In this document: positions 12,438 through 25,072 of the stretch, in pieces
Layout: each line of letters opens with the position of its first letter
Position numbering within the stretch: position 1 is the stretch's first letter
Assembly (NCBI GenBank): GCA_977030845.1
Contig: OZ365111.1
Span: 45,756,001 to 45,820,000 of the forward strand
Source: Fimbriosthenelais zetlandica
Taxonomy: Eukaryota
Length of the DNA stretch: 64,000 nucleotides
Direction of reading: 5' to 3'
The notes under the pieces: model-generated
Told to the model about the DNA's origin: nothing
The model's input: only the letters and a program-made list of their open reading frames with translations
Database searches by the model: none
Position numbers and translations under genes: made by a program

Positions 12438-15400
12438 TCTCAGGTGAACGCTAGCTGTGTATATACGAGGATCGTCTCAGGTGTCATGGGTAGAGGTGAG
12501 AGGTCGGTGGCTGTTTGGGCTGACCTCCCATGTCATCTTGATGGTGACCCATGAAGGTCAAACTGTGAGAAAAGCAAAGCCAAGGTTATCTGAGTGCTGC
12601 ATCAAGCTTCTATGTCCTCCTCCTACCCCTCCCCCTACTCAACTCCCAAACTTGTTGACTAGACATGTCATGAATTCATCATGGTTTTCTATTACCAACT
12701 CTGGATCATTTCCAAAGGCCATTTGAATTGGCTTAATTAGCTTTGGGTCTGATTATTAGGATGTATGCTTTCCTTTCCGAAGGAAATTTTGTTAGGCCAA
12801 GATCTTCTGTTGTATCATTCAATTTTGAGGGAAATGGAACATTGAATGTTCCCATTAATCTTATCTAAGGATCTGGATAGAATTTCATCTATCGGCTGAT
12901 GACATACCATCCTGACGGTATTTCTCGTTGGGATTATCAGCTTTTCGCGAATTGGTCGAATCAGATTTAGGACTCTCAGTCGAATAGCTACTGGATTAAG
13001 ATGTTAAAGAATAGTGGGCGGTTGTTACTTTTGATGACCTTGCTGATCACTAATAGGCAATCAGTGGGTACAAAAGGTGAGTAATACCGTCTACTGATTG
13101 CCCTTTGCTCTTGCGGCTCCCCTCTTGTTTGCCTCCAAACTCAGCCATGTGTCCCACTGTCATTATTCGCCGCACTCAAGGCACAGGACAAGTACCATTC
13201 AAAATAAATACCAGTCTGTTCAGGCTCTCCACCACCTCCTCCGTCTCCTCCTCCCATAAAGCTTAACCCCAACCAGTGACAACGCCCCATCATCCAGCCT
13301 CCATGTTCATATTTACAGAATTCCCATTCAGGACACCTCATTCATTCCTAAAGAGCAGGGGATATATAATCCCAATCCCAATCACTTCACTGTCCAAGAA
13401 TGTATTTTATCTCTGAATTTAAGAGTTTGAGTTTGTATCTGTAGAGCAGGTGGGGTAGTATGAATGGTTTAGGGGCATCATCTGAGGCATCCTACTCCTG
13501 AAGTGTCCCTCCATGGGACATAACGGTCATCAAGGGGGCCCCCTCCAGGTGATCCGTCTAGAGCCTCGAGCTGTTTGCCCACCCCTCAAGTACCTCTCCA
13601 CCCAGCCTCGCCCTCAACGGCTCCTCTATAGCCCATGTGTGTCAAACAATCGAGATATCCATCCATACTAGAGAAGATAATATATTTTATTGATCTCCCA
13701 CTATAAATAGCAATCCTTACCCACTCTAAACCATTGGTATATACAGAGGAAGACCCCTATGTCTGTGACCTTTGGTTGTGTCATGATGTGTTGATGATTC
13801 TGTGTCATAATGTCGCTCCCGTCTGTCAGATACTTGAAGGGTCCTCGTCATAACCAAGGCTTATATTTTGATGTGAGTCAGACAGCTGGCCATAGATTTC
13901 ATCATCCAGTTGTTAGCTAGCATTCTTTTGTCTCCAGGTTAATGTCCTATTTGCCAAGCTTGTTGAGATGGGCCAAGAGCCCAGGGGCGGATGTACTTCA
14001 CCGATGGCCATTCTCTCATTGTATTAGGACAATTTGTTGAAGGTCGGCCATCATTGCTGTTTCCTTTCTCCTAATATCCAAGTGCTTGGCCTACATACAA
14101 TGTCTGGCCCCTTCGGAAATGGATTTGCTAATATGCTATTAGTACCGACTCTGAGTGCGTGTACAATTTATTCCCGCATGTGCTCTAGCAAACAGTTCAG
14201 ATCACAAGAATACGATCAATGTGTTTCATATGCACATTTAAAGTAGTGTATCTAACCTTGCAGAACCCTGCTTTTGACAAATGAGCCTTGGGCCATACAT
14301 GCAAAAAGTACTTGAGAAGAATGTTATGTTTGGACTAGATTATAAGAGGTCAGTGCTTTTATCCTCTGTGTTTTTGAGAGGGTAGGCGTTGGCGCTTTGG
14401 CAATGTCTAACACAAGGATTTGTTTGTTTATGAATATAAATGTCAGAACTTGAAATCCTGAGGCCATTGGTTTTGGGCCTCAGCAGGGAAGTTATAAAAA
14501 ATGGCTGCTGCGGTGTGTTTACATTGTTTCTTTCAGCTGTCGGACTTCACCTGGCATACCAGCTCTTTCTCAAGTGCTCCCCAGGCCTAATCATTCACCG
14601 AAAACCTTTCGCAAAGAGCAAAGTTTAAACATCCCAGTCTGAACCTCCTCTGTTTCCACTCCAGGATCACTTGTGAGGTGTTTTTTCCTGGAGCTTCTTA
14701 AGAGCTGTATCCATTTGACATGTGGGCAATTGAGTTAACTGGGATGGAAAAGAAAAAAGGCTGGATTGCCCTTGATTGCTTTGGCTTTTAATTGACAATT
14801 GGGTCAAGGCGTTTGGCCCCTACTTCTTCAAGATTGTGAATTCTTATGAAAAAGCCTTGATTGAGTAGACTTTGTAAAGGGGGCTCTGCTCGAGATGATA
14901 GATGGTGTTTGTAGATAGACAAAGTGACTGTTTGTGTTCGTGTTACCATCCTTGTAACACAACAGCCGCTTTAGAAACCTCTCAACAAAACCACTCGTGA
15001 ATAAATCACTCGCAAGTGAAGTGGATTCACTCCGAATATTTAAACTGTTTGCCCCCACCAGCTTGGCGAACTAAGCTGAGAGACTTTGAAATAAAACCCT
15101 TTCATGGAGGTTTTTCTTATTCTAGGTCTTCTTCAAGCGATTTGACACACTTCAACACTGCAGGCGTGATTCTAGTGAAGAGAGGTCTTCAGTTGAGAGG
15201 GTGCTCTTAAGACTAGTCCCTCGTCTAGATGGAAGAGATCTGTCCCCAACAACCAAAACTTGTAATCATTCATAGCATTTGAACAAGATCAAGAATGACA
15301 CAAATACTTGGCCCTTATTTGCACTTATCTAAGTGCGTGTGTCTATAAAAATGCATTCTCCATTAAGGCATATATTTTTCTTCTCTACTTGTCCTATGAG

Positions 15401-18024
15401 TAATCCTTTGGTTCTGTGTTCTGTGGTTAATCATTCCCACATCTCGTCTCCCATACTTAAAACCTGTTGTTGAGAATATATTTTTTTTAATCTAAGCACA
15501 TAACAAACTATATAGACTTCATTATTTGCCAAAAGCTATTTTTCTTTCCTCGCCAAGGGGGGCCAACAATATACCACGTACAAATATGTCAGGCATGATG
15601 AGTCATTTATGTGGTAGACACTATTCTAATATTAGTCTCTTGGTATGTTAGATACATTCTAATGCCCTGCCAAAAAGTGTAATTGGGAGAAAACATTCCC
15701 ACATTGTAAAAAGCCCTTCATAGTATTTGAAACCTCGCAGTAGGAAGTGGTTCACGCCTTGCTGGACTCTTCATAAAGGCTTTCTATCCCGTTTAATGAA
15801 GTGGCCTTATTTTGGATGCAAGTGACTACTCTGTTGCAGCTGAAGAATTTCGCTGCTGCTATGGCAACCATCCTTAATGTACAAGTGATGTGAGGGCTGT
15901 GGTATGACCAAATGCCTCCATGAAAAGAACCAATGAAGCTTTAGAAATTGTTGACAAATTTACTAAGCAACCGTGAATTGCAGTGTCAAGGGCTGACCCA
16001 GATTTGTTACACTTGTGAGTGCAATTAAGTGTGAAAAACTTATTTCCCTTCCACTGTTCAACCGGGGAAAATAATGTTGAGTTACAGCACAAGCGCAAAT
16101 GTTTACATTGCTCCCTTTGAAAATCTTCAGCTCCGCCAAAAGTATTGGTACAGAGGAAAATACCCAAACGGAATTGAAAATCGCGAAAATGTTATTAAAT
16201 ATGTTCATTCTGTTAATTTCGGCCCAAGTCAATTTAATAGTCCCTGAATATCAAATGCTTATATATACATTGTCAGACTTTTAGGAATCAATACCTAGGA
16301 TCTATACGCCAGAAGGTTTTCTCAACTGGCTTGTAAGAAAGTACAATCCTAGTAATGAAATCTAAAGCTACAATCATTTCTAAAGTGAGTGCTTTATCGT
16401 TCCGCTTTAGGATTAAACAGATGTGTACTGATAGAGTTTCCCTTCATTGTCCTCGGGGCTTGACGATGGGCCCTGCTGTTGGTAGGGGGTCATTAAATCA
16501 GGTTAGAAGGTGTCAAATACCACCCATTCTCTGTTCACCACCCCATGCCGCAGGCCTTGACATCTACCCTAGTGATGGACAATCGTGGTCACTCGCTGGG
16601 TGGGCGTGGTTCAAATACTGGTCAATGAGGGCTGCCGACGAGCAACAACACATACCTTAACTCTTACCCCTCACCTCATGCCTGCAATTACTTGCATTTT
16701 AAAACCATGGAACTAATAATGTGTGTTGTTATTTGAATACACATTGTATTGTATTAGTAAAGGCACATGTTTTGCCTCTGGGTGTAACTGACCAGTGCAT
16801 GCCCTATGGTCATCCTGTCCAGCCCCCTGTCACCAGGTGCGATGACCAGTCACTGTGGTGTCCGCTGACACTTCTCCGCCCCACTTACCACTATTTCATT
16901 GTCAATCTGACCAGTAAAAGAGCTCCTTACCGCGTCTATTATACTGGAAACAACGGTTTATCCGGGCAACCATATTGGTGGGTTCATCGTTTTACTGTGC
17001 CTGCTGGACTGAATAGAAAGTTTCACAATATTTCACATAATTCACAATATTGCATTTCACACAATTTAACCATTTATAAGCATATATCTTTATCAGTGTG
17101 ACCTTACAGTGTATAAATAAAATTTATCTACTTTATAATTTTTGCTGGGAATTTGTGTACACCTCTCCATTTGTAAAACAAAATTCTCCAAGTCGGAGGT
17201 TTTGCTGCAGAGAACTGATGTCAAAGTTATATCTAGCATGTATATCGCTTCTTAAAGACGGCTTTCTCTCTATAGCAGTTGTGCAAAGAGCTACTGACAG
17301 AGAAAAGAGCCTCGAGTCTATACCAAAGGTCTTACTCAGCCGCCCAAAATGAAGTAGGGCTCGCCTGTGCCAGACCTGAAGTAGTATATTTTGTAAGTAG
17401 TTGGGAAAGACGGCGTCTGTGCCAGGCAAACGCCAACGCTTGGCCAACCACCCCAAAAGGTTGGCGCATTAAAAAGGACATGACATTTGCTATGTCAATG
17501 GAAGGAAAATAGAAAGTAATAGAAGCACAACTTGCTGGCGCGTTTGCTCGAGCCGACAGTCTTTGTATTGGGCGCTGCAAGGGGAGCAAAGAGTGAAGCC
17601 AAAGGGCAAAGCATTTTAAGTTTGTCGATGTTTGCAGTGTCAGAAACTTCGTTAAATGTTTTCCGGGTGGCCCGAGGCTGGAAGCAAAACACGAAAGGCA
17701 TCTGGGAGGAAGAGGAAATCGCTAGCATCCTTGGGGCTATACACATTAAGCGGTGAGCAGGGGCACATGCTTTCTGTGTGCATTTAAGACTTTTTCTTTT
17801 GCTCTTGCCAACAAAAAATTGGCCCATCTTATTTGTCTGGTTTCGCCTCGAGCTAGGTTAGGAGCGGGGTCAAAGGTTTACATCATGTTAGCCTTTCCCT
17901 TCTTTCTTTTCCTGTCATAAGCGAAAGGCGCCGATACCTTGTGAAGTCTCCCTCGGAGGGAAATAGAAGCAAGGTAAGGAATTTGGTGCGGCGACGCCTG
18001 AAGGCCCCTTAGGACAAAGGCCTA

Positions 18025-18037
18025 GCCCCCTGGTGGC
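18025..18037 (-). promoter_or_regulatory. CTCF core motif
   Basis: GCCCCCTGGTGGC on +, i.e. GCCACCAGGGGGC on -, an exact match to the CTCF core, inside a CpG-rich block. Confidence 0.5.
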
Positions 18038-19749
18038 GATACATGACATTATCCGCTCGTTAGCCTGGGGCCCGGGAGATGGCGCGCGCTCACACAAGAA
18101 GCCGCTAATGTTCGGTGGAATGATTTCACAAAACATCCAGGGGCGATTTTTCAGTTGATTGGTCTTTGATATGCTGTCAGGGCGAGCGTGTATTACCAAG
18201 ACGGATGGGGATGAGGTGTGGGGAGATGCCAGTGATTTAGGGGGTGGCCCCCATTCCTTCAATCAATGGCGTGCGAACTGTTTACACATGTGAGTGGTTT
18301 TGCCATTAGCGGTGCCATCGGTCGTTATTATTTTCCCAAAGATTAAAAATCCAATTTATCACTGATGTTTCCTGGGAAAATCGATGAGGGAAATCCATCA
18401 ATTGAACTCATATGGCCCTACATATGCTTATATACCACCCAAAAGCTACTTGGGTATTTCTTCCCAACTTCAGGCCATTTTAGAGATTCCTGTCTTGCAT
18501 GACTAAGACGTATATTTCATGGTTTTCTCCTTGCCCGGAGGCATGGCAATGTGGAGGACTGTAGGACTTAAGGTAGAGCAATTATAATTGGCAAAGCTAG
18601 TCGTGGTGTAGCAGTTTTTGTTGTCACCTCAGGCTAGAGAACATAGGGGCCGTGTATGGCTAATGGGCACTTGTCGAGAGCTGATGTGATAGTCAAGTCC
18701 GAGGCCAGCTGTCTCCTGATGTAGTCAGAGCCCTGGAGGGGAACAGGAGGAACCTCAGGCTTCTAGACCACCCTTACAACACTAAAAAAGAATAGACGGG
18801 CCGTAAAAAACATACATGAAAAAAGCTCCACTTTGTAACCTATGTACTGGGGCACCTAATATCTTTTGCTCATGACAGACTATGAGGATTGGAACAAAGT
18901 GGCACAGAATATATGAATAGAATGGAATCAGATAGAGTATGTATGGATAGAGTTCATGACATGCATCCCCTATCCTCGTTAACTAGAAAAAATAGTGTTC
19001 CTGTCACAATAAGTACACTTTCTCGTGAAGATTAATTATCTTCATTATCTTAAGTGATATATTTTTGTTGGCTTTTGAATAAAGCACCTGCCAACAGCTG
19101 GAGGTGTTGATGATTTGACTCTGGTATTTGCAGTGTCTGTTAGGTTATGGAAATTTTGAATGTCAGTGTGAATTTCTGTGGAACAGCCTCGAACTACATG
19201 TACATGTATAGATGATCAGTTCAGTTGCATCTGTTGAGTTGAGCCATTTTGAGGCCCATCTTTGGTTGAGGCTGTTTTGATAATTAGAATAATTACAGGG
19301 CATAGAGGTGTGGATGTAAAGCGGCTATTGAGGCAGGCAGACAGCTGTCTCCTTTAGCTGGGAACAGCGCCAAGAGTCAATGCAAGGCCTGTCCCTGCTC
19401 CTCCCAGATAACTGGCATGTCGGTCTTGTCATACCCTGCACCTAATCCGGCACGACATGCCAGCCATAGACCAAGGTGTTGGGCCAAATCCACCGACGAG
19501 GGAAGAAAGAATTGGTGCTGTGGGGGGTTGGGTTGTTCTTAGTGGGGAAAAGCTGGTGCATGACTTGAGAAGCACACCCCCACCTCCCCACAAACCCACC
19601 CACATCCTTATCAACGCTCGCACTGATTGACTGAACGCAGGACTGGGGAAACAATTCAATCAAGAAGAATCCGTTTCTCGTTTGCATGTCTCGCACAGTC
19701 AGGTCATGTTGGCGGAAATCACACCCCCTTGTGTGATGGCTGGTGAGGT

Positions 19750-19783
19750 GGGGGTGGGGGGGGGGGGGGGGGCGAATAGGGGG
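19750..19783 (+). repeat. G-rich tract with G17 run (G-quadruplex potential)
   Basis: gggggtgggggggggggggggggcgaatagggggc. Confidence 0.85.
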
Positions 19784-21465
19784 CGCACCAGACTGTGCCA
19801 AACTGGCGCGCCCCTTAGCGGCAGCCCCGTTAACCAGCCGGTAAGTAATGGTAATGATCATGCCCGCCAGAGACTGTGGTCTGCCAATCAGGGTTAGTGC
19901 CAATTCTCCTATTTGAACACCTTCATTGGGGAAGGGTTGGTTTGTGGGGTTGAAAGTGGGGGGGTTTTGTGTTGAGTTGGGTACAGAGAGAAGGGGACCG
20001 TTGGTCTGAAATCTAACCAGGTGTACTTGCCAGCAAATTATACCTTTTATACCAGAAAGGGAGAGGGAAGCCAGTGGTTTTCGCTGGATGCATGTTTCAC
20101 TAAAACTGTCTCAGTCATTATTGATGTGGCTTCCATTAGTGTAATTGAATGCCGTTATTATTGCTGCCGATCACGACGCCCAGATTGAAGCTACAGGAAA
20201 CGCTTGTCTCTCGCACTCCCCTCGTTTTGGCACCCACCGATAGGTGGCAGGGCGCGATATACTGGCAGAGGGCCATCTCTAAATAGACGATATAAGGGAG
20301 AAAGATACTGTTATAGGGAGAGATGGGGGCAGGAAGAGAGAGTCAGGGAAATGGAGAGAGAAAGTGAAAAGAGAAGCCTGGTCCACTTCCGGTTTGTGAG
20401 CCTTGATCAGAGTTCTGTCATTATTATTACTTCATCCATCATCGAGTCAGGATGAAACTGTTCCCAACCCTTGCCAATTTCAGGCCAAAAAATACAATGA
20501 TGCATCCGTTCCCATTGTCATGCTTGAATTGCTGACATGTGTCATTTGTTTTCTGCCTAGCAGCCATTTACAGCAAGGTCAAACAGACGTCCAGGTCAGG
20601 GTCAGTGTGGCTGGGGAAGGGTCATGTTGTCTCATGTGTGATGTATTCAACCGTAACTGTGTGGTACCACATGGGAAACAATGGAAAGCAAGTTAGCTTG
20701 CACGACCATGTCCTCCAAATCATATTTTACACATTCTATTTAAAAACTAGATTTTCTGGTTGGGAAGGGGATTCTAAATATTCAGATACACTTTTCCATT
20801 TTGATTTTCTATAAATTTTGATTTTCTATGCAAAATAGTCCATCTCTGAGGATATTCATATTTAGTAGGCACCAAATAAGAATCGATGCTCTGGCACTGT
20901 CTCAGGGACATGCCACATCCAATGTGATAACAGCAATGCTTCAACCTTTCACCCTCGCCTCACCGACAGATAGCATATTTATGGGCTGCGATAACCCGAG
21001 GCAACCCCAATCACACTGTGGACAAGTATAATCTGCAGGCCCATGCCCGCTGGAGGATGCCAGTTTATGTGCTAGATATCAAAAAGTGGCCCCCGAAGCG
21101 TAGACCATAGAGATGCATGTCCTTGGGTGGGTGGGAGTGATTTAACCGAATCAGCGGATGTTATAGATTGGGGTTGTTCAGCAATGCTATATAATATAAG
21201 AATCATATCGATTATTCCGTAGATATTCCCTACTCGCTAATTATTTTGTTCAGAGTATACATGTATTTCTAAATTCGTATTCGGATTGCCTATATTGAAT
21301 CCCATTCCCAGATTCTTAAGATATAGAGAGTTAGTTTCTTCGGGTTTTAAACGTCAACTTTGATGTATATTGTAATAGTATAGAGCCTAGTTTCATGCAG
21401 AGGATCATTAGTAACTTGATAACTTACTCACCATTTTTACATCACTATATTTTCTCTCGTTGCAG

Positions 21466-21507
21466 GTGTGTAAAAATAGTCAACTGTCTTCGAATAAATC
21501 TTTTAGG
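21466..21507 (+). CDS. Candidate 42-nt frame-preserving cassette microexon (VCKNSQLSSNKSFR)
   Basis: Strong acceptor tattttctctcgttgcag| and donor agg|gtgagt; 42 nt = 14 codons, open in phase 0, the phase of the host intron. No homology support. Confidence 0.35.
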
Positions 21508-24500
21508 GTGAGTATTGAAAGAGAATTTTATAGACCACTTAAAATGTATTACATTCCATATCTTCTGATAACGTTCTTTGTCAGTTGTGTTTTTATCACC
21601 TGAAAAAAACTGTTTACACCGCTGAGATGTGGTTCGAATGTAAAACTCCGTATTTTATGTCGCCAGCTTTTGAAAGGCATGTTTTGCTTTGTGGCTTGGA
21701 GCATAAATTTTCCCTTTCAGTTTTTGGACGTCACCTTTCAGTGTTTTGCGTCGAGGGATTTGCAGTCTCAATCGGGCAACAATTTTAACAAAGTACATCC
21801 TTCAGGGTCCCTGAAGAGTGCTTTTTCCCAATTGCTGTCAAATGAGAGTGCATTTATTCGAGTGTATTTAAGAAGTGTAATTGGAGTGCAAAGCTACCCT
21901 TGAATTTGTAAATGAATACCACTGAACATTACCAATGTGTTTATTAATGTCCTGTGTGATACTTCATATCATATTTGATGTTCGTATAATTTATCTTTCA
22001 ATAGTACTTATCTTTTTCTGGGGACACATTTCCATTAGGTTAATGTGTCATCGTTTCCTTTAAGACGACTCCCTACAATAAGTGAAAGGTCCGGATGTTT
22101 TCAGGTGTCACCTGCCTTAACAGGTATCAATCATTCCACTCACATCAACTTAAAAGCCAGGTGAGATCAAACATCAAACAGGAACACCTAGGGTGTGCCT
22201 CTAATAGGATGTCCAATCGACCCCGACAAACCTTTATATCCGATCACACAACCATACCTATATAGTACCTACTGACAGACACGGCTAAACAGTGGATCAA
22301 TCCAAAACTGTTGAAAAATGTCCATCCCTCTTTTTTCAACAAAGTAAAAATGGAAACTGGTTCTGTATACTCTGTAGGTTTTTGTTTCACTTTTGTGTAT
22401 ACATACCATTTCTTTACATTTCACTAGTCGGATAATATATATAATGTACTTCTTTCTGGAGCCCAAACTGATCATTAAGTGCTCCAGAAAAGAAGAGAAA
22501 TGATGATAGACAAACAAATGGACACCTGCCCTCTTTCGGCTATACACCAAATAGCACCTTATCAAATATTGAGCATAGCTATTGTACCAGGTAAATAGGT
22601 ATTTAGCTGAAGTGGGATGGTTCTATACCAGAACACACTGGGATACTAGCAACATTGGTATGTAATACCAAGATAAATACGACCCCCGGAGACATAGATA
22701 TTTGTGTTTTGCACTAAGGATGAAATATATCTTGGTATTTTGGCTTCTCTTATATCAGCCAATATGCACCTGCCCCTTGGCAATTGGCTCATACTGAAAT
22801 ACATTTAACCGGAAGGGACTATACTATACACAGTGTAAAAGACCTTGTATTGTATGCAGTCCAGAGGAAAGCCGATGCACCAGTCTTAAGTACTGTATCA
22901 CAGGAGCCAAGAGAATTGCACGTGAAGTCGATAATAAATATTTTATTGAATCCCTGGGACCTGTGCACTTCTACTCTGACCATTGATGCTGATGGCCGCC
23001 AGTTATCAATATGGCGGAAGGGCCATTTGGGGCGGGGCGCCAGGGACCGTAACTAGATTTCGGCGGACTGTCCGTAGACACAAAGGCGATCCGGGATCAA
23101 TTTGAGGGCACGCTTTAATGTGATTTCTGCGCCACAAACCCATGAATATTTCATCTGATACAAGCTGGGTAATGATCCCAGCCTGGGGCGGCCTCTCAGG
23201 GGCCCTGAGTTAGGAAACACTATTCCTTGGCTGGGAGTTTGCTGATGCCCCTTGGCGCTAGGGTAATCCCATTCTTGGAGCTCTCCCGTGTCTCGGAGCA
23301 GGAAAGTGAGTCCCCTTCCGGGACCCAGTTTGTTGTGTGCTATCGAGGCTGATTCCTTCTGGGGATAGGGGTTAGCGGGCGACGCCATGTAATATAAGGA
23401 AGCCATAGGGAGAAGCCACACACAGAAGCTAATGTTTGCCTGTGCCTGAAGCCACATTTTAGATGGTCAGGGCCTCTCATTCTCTTATACACTAAAAGGC
23501 TATGTTTGGACTGCCTCTATTCCATTTGCTTATAGCTTAGATAGCTGCCCTGAAAATACTGATATAAAGTAATATAATAAGAGTTGCAAAACGACTGTAG
23601 CAGTGTATAGCAATCAGCAATTGGCTTCAAACTCTTTGGTGAGCATTATCAAAGTCAGAATTGATGATTGCCAATGGATGGTACGAATAACTGACATACT
23701 CATGTCCAATGATCATTGAAACATTCTAATGAACATTGGACCAAGTTGAAGAGATATGGGTGTCTTTACACAACAGTTTACACATACTGATGTGGATAGA
23801 AACCTTTTTGCCTGCCCCCTTTAAGGTAGTCCCATCTCTGAATATCCATGCAAAAACAGATCTGGATCTAAAACGGTCCTGGGAACCTAGCATTGCTACT
23901 CTATAACCTCGCCCTTCAGAAAGGATATATCAGTTTTTTGCGACACAGAAATGAATGTAAAAATCATAGGTGGGAGAAAGTGACACATGAGCGACAAACA
24001 ATGCCTCATGTGAACAAGATCCTATTGACTAAGCGCCTGGATTGTTTGCCCTAGACGTGCTTGACTCCAGTTTTTGGCCATTTCTATGCCCCCCAAACCA
24101 TCTTAACACTTGCTGTCCAAATCCATTGGGGTGTCTATCCTTCAGATGCAGAAATATGCATCGGATTAATCATCAAAGGAGTGTGGATGTAAATTAGTTT
24201 GGCTCGGTTACAGAACCCTTTCAGAGCATCCAATTGAAATTCCAGGGCCGATGAGATGAAGCGAGTATTGGTTTTGAAAAAGGAGGAAATGTCAGATGCT
24301 TGTAGTTAAAGGTTGTAGGTGTCGCCACTTGGGTGGCGGAAGATGGTATAGCCTCCAAGTCTATGTATACACTTCTCGGCGGTTGTCCTGTGCCTCGAGA
24401 GCTCATATCCCCACCTCCTGTGGCTATTTCCCATATCACTTATGACTGAAAACGTTTTGATTACACAAAAAGCTTCAACAAACACCCTCTAAGCTGAACA

Positions 24501-25058
24501 GGAATACCCAAGAGTGCCATCGAAATGGTTGGATGGGAATGAATATTAGTATCCCACTGACAGGGCTTGTGTTTGGCATATTTGACATGACCTTGCTATG
24601 TTATACGCTCTTCATCTTTTTTTGTAATTCCACACGTCTGAGTCCTCAGATATAACTAAATGTTAGGCGTCAGAATGGCCAGGAAGTACTCATTTGGCAG
24701 TCTTTTGGGAACTACATTTCACCTTTTGTATCTGCGTTCGCATTCCATCCCCTCATTGCAAACCTTTAACAATGCCTCGAAAAACAAGCGGTGAAAAATA
24801 TTAAATAGTTAAGTAACTGTAGACGGTTCCTTTATGTTGTCTCAAGACAAAAAAGCAGAGGTTTTGTATTTTGTGGGGATGCCTCTTTCTCACCTAGTAC
24901 GTGACCTTATCTTCTTTTCTTGGCTGGGGTTTTTGCGGAACCATAATATTAATGGTAGTCTTTGGTATTTATGGTTCATGAAAAATGCCTACCATTTCCA
25001 CGCCTGCCATATGATGCCTTGACCTGAGAGACAGCCTCAGGGGGCGGTTTGCTTTATC

Positions 25059-25072
25059 CCACTAGATGGCAA
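25059..25072 (+). promoter_or_regulatory. CTCF core motif
   Basis: CCACTAGATGGCAA fits CCASYAGRKGGCR; a partial motif CCTCAGGGGGCG lies ~20 bp upstream. Confidence 0.45.

Noticed and set aside
22664-22739. 12-bp inverted repeat AATACCAAGATA / TATCTTGGTATT
   Set aside because: The interior does not pair and no target-site duplication was seen; not enough for a miRNA or MITE call.
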